Of a stretch of 64,000 bases of DNA, positions 30,681 through 42,880 are shown piece by piece. Location: contig OZ024755.1 of NCBI GenBank assembly GCA_964016885.1, forward strand, positions 8,680,001-8,744,000, written 5' to 3'. The notes under the pieces are model-generated. The model ran no database searches. It was not told the origin of the DNA and worked only from the letters and a program-made list of their open reading frames with translations. Each line of letters begins with the position of its first letter. Position 1 is the stretch's first letter. The position numbers and the translations under genes were made by a program. The DNA comes from Eledone cirrhosa. Lineage: Eukaryota.

Positions 30681-30896
30681 TACATAATTGTTTCTACTTT
30701 TGGCACAAGGCCAGCAATTACCCAGTGCATTACTGGTACTTTATTTTATCGACCCCGTAAGGATGAAAGGCAAAGTCAACCTCAAATCCCGCCGAGGTTA
30801 ACTTTGCCTTTCATCCTTACGGGGTCGATAAAATAAAGTACCAGTAATGCACTGGGTAATTGCTGGCCTTGTGCTAAAAGTAGAAACAATTATGTA
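30681..30896. mobile_element. Palindrome of two SINE 3' halves (103-bp arms, 10-nt loop)
   Basis: Both arms match the SINE body and tail seen elsewhere in the window; 2 mismatches. The loop aaatcccgcc is itself SINE sequence. Confidence 0.85.
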
Positions 30897-31590
30897 AGAA
30901 GTTTAATTTAAATATTTATAGTATTCTTATAGACAAACAAACAATTTAATTCTGAAATTACACTCATCGATTCAATATCAATAAATATTAAATTTTGAAA
31001 TCTTATCTCATAGATACAATAATGTCTGCACTTATCCACCGCTACCAAACCCAACTATTAATAAACATACGTTAAATTCATTCATTTGATACTGTTTTCA
31101 TGAGCATATATTATTTCGACTGCTCACTGACACATATAGATATATGTACTCATATATATATACATATATAGTTGTGTTTGTGTATGTGTGATTGTGTGTA
31201 TTATATATGTATGTATTATATTATGTGTATTATATATGTATAAATACAAATATGTGTGTGTGCTTCTGTATGTATGATGACTTTAACCCCAAATCTACCC
31301 CCATTCAATTAGATCTAATTCACGTAAGTATTCGACCAATAAGCTGTGTGTTTCACAGATCAGAACCTGCAGATATTTCATACCTTTGTCTAGTTGACAC
31401 CTATACACATTTAAGCAAAATAGTTTTTCTTTACTCTTCCCGATTGTATCAATGAAAATGAGTTCGGCTGCAACATGATAGTTGGCACACTTTTGTATAT
31501 ATAATAAGTGTATGTTAGTCCAGTATATTGTTTAACGTTAACGTAAATGTTTGCGTTTGTGCAATATTTGTGCATAAAATTTATTTTATC

Positions 31591-31765
31591 AATTACATTC
31601 CGGAAGAGCCTTTTAGCCATTAAAAAGTACGTAATTTCTGTTAAATTTTCTTTACAGTTGTCAGTTATTGTTTGGTGTCACCAAGAAATTATGAGAAATT
31701 TAAAGTGAATTTAACACATTTTGTGTTTGTTTGAATGACTAAAATGGCTCTTCAGCTATGTAATT
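31591..31765. repeat. Decayed inverted repeat
   Basis: aattacattccggaagagccttttagccatt pairs with aatgactaaaatggctcttcagctatgtaatt. The inner pair gttaaattttcttta / taaagtgaatttaac also matches. Confidence 0.55.
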
Positions 31766-31899
31766 ACTGTACTTTAAGCACACGGCTTCAGATCAAGCCA
31801 GTTATATTTCACGTTTGTCTGTTCTGAGTTGAAGTAATAGTGTTTATACGATGTGTTGTACTATTCCGGAGTATTATACAGTAATTTTCTTAATGGAGA

Positions 31900-33400
31900 A
31901 TGACTACATATGAAGAAAGCGGCAGCGAGAGTTGGAGCTTCTTGCAATAACAAATTGCCTCACTTAAATGTTCAGTTATTGCTGTATTTTGAGTAATTTG
32001 TTTCTTTGTACATTCCATCTGATTGGGGGATATTCCATAATGATGGAAAATGATGTTTGTTTTGTAGTTTCTTATGAACTGAAGCCAAAGGCAGAACTAA
32101 CATTACTCGTGATAGTGCAGCTGTATCTTCTGAAGTCTAATCTTCCTCTTTCCTTGTGTTGACCAATTATTGTGCTTGTGAATGTTCTAAGTATCCTTGT
32201 AGACAAGTTTGATTTCTTTCATGTGTTTTTATATGCTTACTGAACGTTAGTAAATTGCGTATGTGATTGCTAGTAATGTTGTTTTCGTCTCTAGTAATTT
32301 AGTTTTGGTACAAGTGGTATGTTTCTATTGGTGTGTGTTGATTGGTTGTAATTAACGGTAAGAATTAATTGTAAGGAGAGATATAGTAGGGTCTGTTATA
32401 TTTTGCAGCACATCTGTTGTTTATGAGTTAACTTTCTAGGTTGTTTATGTAGGGTTGGAGTAGCTGTGTCTTGGAGCCACGTTAAAGTTTGATTATGATA
32501 GCAATTGCGCATGTTTTTATATTGTTAAGATGCGTGGAAATATTGTGCACATACAGGCTAAAGAAAGAGAATGAATGGAAACATCCTTGCGGTAATATAT
32601 TTGCAAAATTGCAGATTCTGAAATATTTGTATATAATTAGTGTGGTATGTTTTCGATGTCAATGCTAGTTTTGTCGATATTGAGAGGTGTGAAGGTGCGT
32701 GGTTTAGTGGTTAGAGAGTTGAAGTCTCCCTCACTCTGAATGTCAAAGCTTTGAAAGCGAAGTGGATATGGCTGGGGGATGTTTGTTGTTAGTTTAGTCG
32801 TTTTGTTATTCTAACACACGAGTCTCCCTCTACCAGATGAGGCTGTTTCACAGAGGGCTCCATACACAAGACAGTTAGTTTGATTCTGTAAGTTGCCTTA
32901 ATACGTAATTGTAGATAATTTTAAGGGCAGATAGAGATTGAAACAAATAGTTAGGTTAACATGATGGATGACGACAGAGAAGAAAACAACCACCATTCAG
33001 ATGTTTGGGGACAGGATCAACCAAGTTAAACGACATAACTGATTATCTGATAAATACTGATGTGAATATCATGTGCGATGATGAAGTTATTTACTCAATA
33101 AATGTGAATTTATGCAGTTTGTATTATATTTTAGATTTGTATGTGATTTGTCTACCCTAGGTATATTGTATGTTGTCAGTGGTTTCTGTGAATTTTACGT
33201 TTGAGTCGCTTGTGTTTACGTTTCCAGTTTAAATTTACTGCAGGTCTATGAATGTGAGACGAGAGATAATAATGGCACAACCAGATTTCCTTGTGAGTTT
33301 ATTTAATGAGTTTATATGTGTTTTTGATGTTTTATGTTGTTTGTCTCTATATGTGTGCGGATGTATTGTTGGGATGTACTTGTGATCAAAGTGTGGTAAT
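31900..33400 (-). mobile_element. Possible heavily decayed APE-type LINE
   Basis: Strong A/C-rich minus-strand bias and a GGA GAC TTC AAC (GDFN) endonuclease-like motif at 32718-32729. No intact ORF; boundaries approximate. Confidence 0.35.
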
Positions 33401-33931
33401 TGTTGTGTAGTGATGGTGTGTTACTTTTATATCATGTTTCATGTTTGACAGCATGTGTGTAACTAAAGTGATGTTGTGTAGTCCTTCACTATAATACAAG
33501 TAATAATTCGGTCCTGATCATCCCATCCTTTTAACTGACATATACCAGATCTCAGATATTAAATAGATAATTTAATGTATGAAAACGAATGACGAAAATT
33601 GGACCGCTGTTTTAGCAGATCAAATAGGCGAAATAATTTGTAATATTTTTGCTCTGAGAATATAGCTATTGATATATGATGTAGAAATGACAAACCTCAC
33701 TTTATTGGCTATGCATAAAACTAATTTGGTGAAATGTAAATCTAGAACATTATTCCGGATGGTGAAACTTCTGAAAGTTTCTGTTTTCTTCCATTTCCAG
33801 AATGATCATAGTCATAAAAACACACATAGCTACACATGTCAATACATATGTATATGTAAATGCCCTCAGAAATATTATTTTATGTATTATTAGATACAAA
33901 ATACTTTACATACAAAATAGTTTATATATAT

Positions 33932-34027
<96 letters not shown>

Positions 34028-34101
34028 GCATACATATATATATATACATATGTGTGTGTGTGTGTATGCATACATATAAATATATATATATATGTATGTA
34101 T

Positions 34102-34162
<61 letters not shown>

Positions 34163-34696
34163 TAGTAATAAATCAGTATAAAATACACATACATGAAATA
34201 ATACATATGTATATATTTCTTGATATATAGAAAGTTGTTATTGTACATATATATATATACATAGATATGTGTGTGTGATGTTTATACGCATGTGTGTTTA
34301 TGTATGTTATGTGTGTGTTGAGTGCTGTGTGTTATATACTGTGGTTATATCTGCTCCTATCGACATATTTTTACATATTTCTGCGTTTCCAAATTCAATG
34401 GCTACATATTTTTACATGAATGCACAGTGATATGCATGTAATTGTAAATCTATATTTCTCTAAATATAGGATAAATAAATACACAAGTAAATAAATACGT
34501 CTTATTCCATCTTACTCACTTCTCAGGATGTACTTTAAATGAAGTCTAACCTAGATCTTGGGCTTGAGTATTGCAATATAACTTAGTGTATTTCGTCATC
34601 CATGTAAATACAATTGTATATTACTGTTTGAAGAAAAAATATCGTTTGAGGTGAGGGTACTATTTATAGCAGAAACATATGGGAAGCAGTGTACAT

Positions 34697-34731
<35 letters not shown>

Positions 34732-34869
34732 CTCACATGCACACATGGACACATATAAATATATATGAATCTATGCATGCATATGCATGTATATATATAT
34801 ATATATATATATAGGTATGTACACACGTGTGTGTGATGTGTGCGCGATATGTGTGTATATATATATAAT

Positions 34870-35059
34870 AATAATTGTTTCTACTTTTGGCAAAAGGCCA
34901 GCAATTACCCAGTCCATTACTGGTACTTTATTTTATCGACCCCGTAAGGGTGAAAGGCAAAGTTAACCTCGACTGGAGTTGAACTCAGACCGTAAAGGGA
35001 CGTAACTATGCTGGAAAGCATGGCGTCCGACTCTCTACCGATACTGCCAATCCACCGCC
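34870..35059 (-). mobile_element. SINE, same family
   Basis: Near-identical to 20061-20250. Confidence 0.85.
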
Positions 35060-35127
35060 AATAATAATGATAATAATGTATGCCCAATAGTTGTATCTAT
35101 ACTTGAGAAATAAATATCAACAACACC

Positions 35128-35153
35128 AGTAGTAGTAGTAGTAGTAGTAGTAG

Positions 35154-35188
<35 letters not shown>

Positions 35189-35235
35189 CTAGTAGTAGTA
35201 GTAGTAGTAGTAGTAGTAACAGTAGCAGTAGTAGT
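35128..35235. repeat. (AGT)n microsatellite
   Basis: Direct reading. Confidence 0.95.
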
Positions 35236-35289
35236 TCAAACACCGCAGCTCTAATAGAAATGATGATGATTGTAAAGAAGAAGATTGAT

Positions 35290-35790
35290 AATAGTCATAA
35301 TTATAAGAATTTGTCTTACTACTGCAGAAGACACAGATTTATTAAAACAACAAAAAAAAACTGGTATAATCCTCGGATTAACGAATTTGCCAAGGCTATA
35401 TTGAAGAAGGAAAATCTAATTAAGAATGTTTATATCATGCCAGATACATAAATACATAGTGATAATAGAATTATATCAAACACACTGGTTCACCTTTAGG
35501 TATTAATGAATTACATACTGAAAAACACGCAAATGGAAGAAAAGAGTAGCAAAGAATATTATAGACGTATTAATTAATACTTAACTCTCAGCTAAAAAAT
35601 AAAGTAATAGGCATCAATACTATGTCTCATTAATAAGTTTTAGTAATATTCTCAATGATAATCTGAATGAACTAACAAGACTTGAGAGAAACTTCATATA
35701 ATAATGCCTGCGTTTAGAATACCCTACAAAAAATCTTATGAAAAATCGTATCACAAATACATAGAGGTTGTCGGCTTAAACCATAAGAAA
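35290..35790 (+). mobile_element. Second, more decayed R4/Dong-like fragment
   Basis: Broken frames give FAKAILKKENL, KEYYRRI (35551-35571), KNKVIGINT and ELTRLERN, in the expected order. Follows an (agt)n tract. Confidence 0.55.
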
Positions 35791-35831
35791 CAAGACTAAG
35801 ATATAACACATTGTATTATAATAGTTATTAT

Positions 35832-36013
35832 GGCGGTGGATTGGCAGTATCGGTAGAGGGTCGGACGCCATGCTTTGACGCATAGAGTTACGACCCTTGC
35901 CATTCTGAGTTCAAATCCCGCCGAGGTTAACTTTGCCTTTCATCCTTAGAATAAAGTACCAGTAATGCACTGGGTAATTCTTGGTCTTGTGCCAAAAGTA
36001 GAAACAATTATTA
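35832..36013 (+). mobile_element. SINE, same family
   Basis: Head, B box and tail match; short deletion in the body. Confidence 0.85.
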
Positions 36014-36333
36014 TAGTTAGTATTAGTATTATTTTTGGTATTATTATTAGTATTATTTATGTGTATTCAGAGCACAAGACCTGGTATTTGTACGGAGAGA
36101 AAAGTTAATTATATCGACTCAGGTATTTTTTCCATAAAACTACATTTTATCAACAGCGGAAGGATGAAAAGCAAAGCTAACCATTCCGATATTTGAACTC
36201 GGAACGTCACAAACCATTTCGTCGGAAACTCTACCGATATTGCTAATCCACCCACCCCCTATAGTAGTGGTAATACTACTACTACTACTACTACTACTAC
36301 TGATACTACTACTACTTATAATAATAACAATAA

Positions 36334-36548
36334 TAATGGTTTCTTATATAGGCACAGGGCCAGCAATTTGGGGGGAGGGGAAAGTCGATTAAATCGACCC
36401 CAGTGCATTACTGGTACTTTCTTTTATCGACCCCGTAAGGATGAAAAGCAAAGTTAACCTCGGCGGGATTTGAACTCAGATCATAAAAGGACGTAACTCT
36501 ATGCTTCAAAGCATGTCGTCCGACCCTCTACCGATACTGCCAATCCAC

Positions 36549-36549
<1 letters not shown>
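36334..36549 (-). mobile_element. SINE, longer subfamily variant
   Basis: Same head and body plus an extra segment ggggggaggggaaagtcgattaaatcgac absent from most other copies. Confidence 0.85.
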
Positions 36550-36582
<33 letters not shown>

Positions 36583-36588
<6 letters not shown>

Positions 36589-36670
36589 TGTTTCTACGTT
36601 AGGAACAAGGCCAGCAATTACCCAGTGCATTACTGGTACTTTATTTTATCGACCCCGTAAGGATGAAAAG
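36583..36670 (-). mobile_element. 5'-truncated SINE fragment
   Basis: Tail and body only; follows an (aat)n tract. Confidence 0.8.
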
Positions 36671-37146
36671 TCGAAGAATATGGTGATGGTGATGATGATG
36701 ATGATGGTGATTAATATATGATGCTAACGATAACATCTATTATATATCGCAGAACAAGGGCAACCTTAGCTTCAATAAAAATATCAGTATGAGAGTAGAA
36801 GCTTTGTAGAGCAGTGTAGTTGTAGAGATTGTGTCATTCGTCAAAAGATAAAGAAGGAGGGGAAGAGGAGGGCTGTAGGGGTAGGGAGAGAGGGAGGAAT
36901 ATTATAAACAAAATGGCCGCTGCGTTCTTCCTTATCTTTTTCCTTCATCAAAAGTACATTCAATCAAGCCAACAGACTCCGAATTCTGAAAGCTTATATA
37001 GAAGATAAGAAAATGCCAAGGGTCATAGAAAACGTGTGTATGAGTGTGTGGAATACCATTGCCTTAGATTTCATTTTTCATTTCAATACAACGATGCAAA
37101 ATTCTAATGAATCATATAGAATTCATCTAGATATGTATGAAGACAG

Positions 37147-37228
<82 letters not shown>

Positions 37229-37261
37229 ATATATATATATGTATGTATATGTATATATATG

Positions 37262-37306
<45 letters not shown>

Positions 37307-37411
37307 ATATATATATATATATATACATGCATACATATATGTGTGTGAGCATGTGTGTGTCTACGGTTTACTATATCTTCTTTGCATAAACATATTTACC
37401 CTCTTTCTCTT

Positions 37412-37466
<55 letters not shown>

Positions 37467-37564
37467 AGAGAGAGAGAGAGAGAGGGGGGGATAAGTTTAT
37501 ATATATATATTATATATATTATATATATATATTAGGATTGGTGCTCTGAAATAGCGATGTATAC

Positions 37565-37990
37565 ATGAATGTATGTATAGTATATTTGCCAATACACACA
37601 CAGTATGTTTAATTAAAAACATTTGAAGACCATTCGCTATAAGTTTTAAAGTAGTCACTATATCGGTTTCTTACTTATTTTCGGCAAAGGCTGGGAGAGT
37701 GACTGACAGCTGTTTCTCGCTGGTTGGCGTTTATCAAACCCACGCACTCACCTGCCTTTATATAGAAGATATTTAAAAAATGCCAAGGGTCATAGAAAAC
37801 GTGTGTGTGAAGCTATGTGGAAGATATATATACCATTGCCAGCGAGAAAGAGCTCTCAGTCACTCTCACAGCCTTTGCCGAAAATAAGTAAGTGACATAG
37901 TCACTACTTTAAAACTTATAGCGAATGCTCTTCTAAATGTTTTTAATTAAACATACGGTATATTGCCAAATATACTATACATACATTCAT
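37565..37990. repeat. Imperfect inverted repeat / MITE-like foldback (arms about 155 bp, spacer about 115 bp)
   Basis: 37565-37723 is the reverse complement of 37839-37990 with a few substitutions and small indels. Confidence 0.8.
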
Positions 37991-38129
37991 ATATATGATG
38001 ATTTCTCACGAATGAAACAGTTCTAGTCCTGTAGAAGCTTTTCTGTATTAAACATTTATACTCTGCTATATATTGAGTACCTTACTTACTGTGGTTACCG
38101 CCGATTGAACCTGGGATAACGTTATATAT

Positions 38130-38544
38130 ATATTGTTATACTTTGGGAGGGTCATGTTGCCAATAAGAAACACACGCACCAGTTGCTTTCACTTCAATTT
38201 ATTATATATTTATAAATTTATAAATTTACAAATCTACAAACTTATAAATTTCTGGTTGGTTGGTTGGTTCCACAACCAGATAGTTGTTTATATATAGTCA
38301 TAGTCCTTTCGTCACACACTCTGTGACCTCCTCAGTCACTGAAGAGGTCACAGAGTGTGTGACGAAAGGACTATGACTATATATAAACAACTATCTGGTT
38401 GTGGAACCAACCAACCAACCAGAAATTTATAAGTTTGTAGATTTGTAAATTTATAAATTTATAAATATATAATAAATTGAAGTGAAAGCAACTGGTGCGT
38501 GTGTTTCTTATTGGCAACATGACCCTCCCAAAGTATAACAATAT
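38130..38544. mobile_element. 415-bp near-perfect palindrome (207-bp arms, 1-nt centre at 38337); probable inverted Penelope-like pLTR remnant
   Basis: Arms are reverse complements with one mismatch seen near the centre (ctcctcag vs ctgaagag). Hammerhead motifs start at the symmetry centre. ttgaacc/ggttcaa extends the symmetry outward. Confidence 0.8.
38334..38378 (+). ncRNA. Minimal type I hammerhead motif
   Basis: agtca-CTGAAGA-g-GTCACA-gagtg-TGTGAC-GAAA-ggac-TA-tgact. Stem I is 5 bp; stem II is 6 bp with one extra G; stem III AGGACT is only possible as a dimer (tandem G-A pairs); CUA triplet. The mirror copy on the minus strand (about 38296-38340) has CTGAGGA. Confidence 0.65.
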
Positions 38545-38598
38545 CGGGTTCAACACACGATTTCAGATAAAGAATCTTGCTAAACAAATTCAGAAACG

Positions 38599-38646
<48 letters not shown>

Positions 38647-39143
38647 ATTATTTTTTATTTATGACTGTTTATATGAAATGTGGTTCTTGAGAAGCCAGTC
38701 TTAACAAAACTACGAAGCAACTTGCCATATTTGTAATAGATATTATCTTAGTTTTACTGTATTCACTCTAAGGCTTGTCAGTCTAATTTCTATACCATTC
38801 CAAGCGTTGATAGTGTAGGTTAGTTTACTAGTGCATAGTGCAGCATGCAAGGGCTTCTCCCTTTTGTATCCCCTTCAATTGAATAACAACCAGATTACTT
38901 GTCACGCCAATGCTGAAAATATGTGCTGTATCTCACAGTACATATGAAATAGCTGGAAAATTGTGTCGTGCGCTATACAAACACATATATATATATAATT
39001 CCTTAGTGTCTAAAGTACCATCTTTATATGTTTATTTGGTTGTATAATTCGATGGAGGTGAGCGTAGTCCCGAACAGCATTACGTAAGTGAGGAAGCTAT
39101 ATATTAGGTGAGAGTCGTCAGCAACTTTAATGACTACACAACC

Positions 39144-39193
<50 letters not shown>

Positions 39194-39397
39194 TATAAAC
39201 GTTTGGAGTTGTAATGCCAAGACAATTCAGGTATGGATATAGAATATAAATGCAAATGCAAAAGTTGTTGTTCACAATTAGCTTTTACCTTACATTTATT
39301 TAAGCCCTTGAAACTCATATATATATATATATTTATTTATTTTAGTCTTCAAATTGATTATTATTACTATATATATATATATATAATACTTAACAAT

Positions 39398-39453
<56 letters not shown>

Positions 39454-39883
39454 CAGAGAAAGAGTGAGAGATATTAGGACGGGCGAGTGTTTAATATATG
39501 TAAGGCTGGCAAGTAAGTAAAATATGGTATACAGGGAAAAAGTATATGAATATTGTATCTGCGCATGAGAGAGAAATTAAGAGAGTGGAGAAAATGAAAG
39601 CGGTTCTTCGGCCTACACATCAGAAAATAACCAAAACTAACAGTAAATGTCTGTATTATAAATTCCCTGATTGCTTCACTTGTAAAATAGATGCACTATG
39701 ATATCTATTGATCTCATTTCACTTTCACCACATAAACTAAGCAAGTTGAAGCAACCAACTCTATGAACCGCATCACCTACTTTATCTATACCGCCATCTT
39801 GGCGCTACTGAAATCATATATATATATAGAGAGAGAGATGTGTATATATGTGTGTGTATATATATATATATGAGAGAGAGATG

Positions 39884-39939
<56 letters not shown>

Positions 39940-39940
39940 A

Positions 39941-39984
<44 letters not shown>

Positions 39985-40126
39985 CGAGAGAGAGTGATAC
40001 ATAGATAAATAGATAGATAGATAGATATATAGATAGATAGATGGGGTAGTATAATTATTATAGATACACATCTACGTGTACGTACTATGTATGATATATA
40101 AATTCATGTCCTATTCGTTTGTGCAA

Positions 40127-40161
<35 letters not shown>

Positions 40162-40528
40162 TATGATTCTGTGTAAAACGTAATATGTGTGCACATATAT
40201 ATGTATGTATATATGCATGTATATATGCATGTTTATATGAGAAAAAGGGAGATAAATATAAGGGGATTTTCTGTGTATATTTGTGCATGTGCTCGCCTAT
40301 ATGTTATTTATGCCTGTCCATGTAGATGCATTTTTGTGTTTACTTGTACTCAGGTTATGCCTTTGTTTTTTTCACATCTCTTCATAAATAGAATCGTGCA
40401 TAGTATATCTTGGAATCAGTTCCAAATTGAATTGAACATCACAAGCTGGAGTATTTTCTTAGAAGTCGAACTACTGGGAATTCTTCCAAATACGAGCATA
40501 CAGATAAGTTTATAGTTTATATGTAAAC

Positions 40529-40604
<76 letters not shown>

Positions 40605-40607
<3 letters not shown>

Positions 40608-40729
40608 AATGGTATGACCTCGACGGCAGAGCTCAAGCCGTTTCGACGGCTATTTCTTGACTAATATCTTTAGTCCAGAAATAGCCGTCGAAACGGCCTG
40701 AGCTCTGCCGTCGGGGTCATACTTTTTCC
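40605..40729. repeat. 125-bp GC-rich palindrome containing the 3' half of a hammerhead
   Basis: Arms of about 60 bp with a few mismatches. The right arm has GAAA-CGGC-ctgagctct-GCCG-TC (40690-40712). Flanked by (TA)n. A related single copy lies at about 28354-28395. Confidence 0.7.
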
Positions 40730-40782
40730 TATTTCCCACTCTACTACCCTAAGTATTGAGTACTCTGGTGTGTAATCGTCCA

Positions 40783-40856
<74 letters not shown>

Positions 40857-42033
40857 CCATTGCAATTGTAAGGCAGATTAAATAGGACAGCAGGAGATGA
40901 AAGAGAGACGGAGACAATTTTGAACAATAGATGCGTGCGTCCTCGTGTCATCTTTGTCCAGTGCTGGGATAAATCAATATATATACATAGTTACACTTGA
41001 ATCCATATATTGAATTTTTATAAAACAAACCTCGATCACTCTTAATAATCTTATCTTCTGAGCCTGCATCTATGTATACACTACCTTCCTCTCTCTCTCT
41101 CTTATTGTGCTAGACTATAGTTATATACTTTTCGTTAAAACATACTATATATATATATATATGTATATATTCTATTATATTATATTATTTTATGTTTTCA
41201 CATACAAAACTATGAGAAACCAGGCAATGTTAGTGCTACTTCTAATTAGCTCCCTTTCACCAGTTCAGACTACATACAAATGAGCATCTCCAACCTATGT
41301 TTCAGTGCACAATCCATATAGGATTTAAGCTATTTTGTGTCAAGTGCTATTAAGTAAGTGCTGTTGATGATGGATAACAATCTAGAAATATTTAATTGAC
41401 ATTCTCACCGCTACTGAAATAGCTGCCACATATTCGAACCTTTTGTAAATATATATATAAAACTAATATATTACCGGGTTCGGTGACACTAATTTTGCCA
41501 TAATTCTGAGTCGACCAAAAGGTTTGTGAGTGAAACTGGATAGAAGGAAACTGTATGTAAAACAGTCGCAGGTATTGTGTGTGTTTGTGTGTGTGCGCAT
41601 GTGTGCGTGCGTTTGAATTTATAATTATCGGGAGAAACTTCTATGCAATTATTAATATTTCCCCTCTAATATCTTCAACATCAATGCTCAGTTTTAATTG
41701 TTCGTATTTACGTAAGCAACCTTCTTTTCTATATAAAAATAAATGATTTGAATACGAAATTTTGAATTTCAAATTTCCTCAAAACCAATTTCTTGGATAT
41801 TCAACCAACGTTGATTTAAATATTACCGGCGAAGCATGCATATATATTGCTACAATAAGTGTAGCCGAAACTCGAGTGCGGATATTGATTTAAGGTACCC
41901 ATTTATGTGTGTTGTATTGAAGCAAATATCTTTGTGTCTACTCTGAGATATTTTACATAACATTATCTATTGAGTACGCTGAAATGTAACCGCTACTAGC
42001 AGTGAATCTTATGCTAGTCAACTTAATATTATT

Positions 42034-42214
42034 GTATCGGTAGAGGGTTAGATGCCATGCTTTCTACTAGCATAGACTCACGTCCCTTAACGGCCTGAAT
42101 TCAAATCCCGTCGAGGTTAACTTTGCCTTTCATCCTTACGGGGTCGATAAAATAAAGTACCAGTAATGTACTGGTATAATTGCTGCCCTTGTGCCAAAAG
42201 TAGAAACAATTATT
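42034..42214 (+). mobile_element. SINE, same family, slightly 5'-truncated
   Basis: gtatcggtagaggg...ttcaaatcccg...gcctttcatccttacggggtcgataaaataaagtaccagt...agtagaaacaattatt. Confidence 0.85.
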
Positions 42215-42230
42215 ATATATATATATACAG

Positions 42231-42324
<94 letters not shown>

Positions 42325-42626
42325 TATATATATATTAGGTTATGCATGAAATGCTCAAGATTATCCTGAATGCAGTAATGGTTAATTACTACACTTTTGT
42401 AACGCGTTGAGGGGTTCCTCAACGAGTTACAAAAGAACAGTTAAAGAAACTTGGTTTCCAATTCTTCTATATTCCGGAGTGTAGATAAAGAATGATTAAT
42501 AAAACAGGTAGACATAAAAAGGTAATTTATTCCATATATAATATATAATATTTATATTATATATAGATAATATATATATAATATATATATATACATATTT
42601 ATTATATATATATATAATGTATATAT

Positions 42627-42705
<79 letters not shown>

Positions 42706-42792
42706 ATAATAATTGTTTCTACTTTTGGCACTAGGGCAGCAATTATAACACTGCATTACTGGTACTATATATAATATATATATATATATATT

Positions 42793-42880
<88 letters not shown>

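Noticed and set aside
39043-39125. Minus-strand gttg-CTGACGA ... GAAT-tata-caac in a TA-flanked island
   Set aside because: No stem II and no GAAA box.
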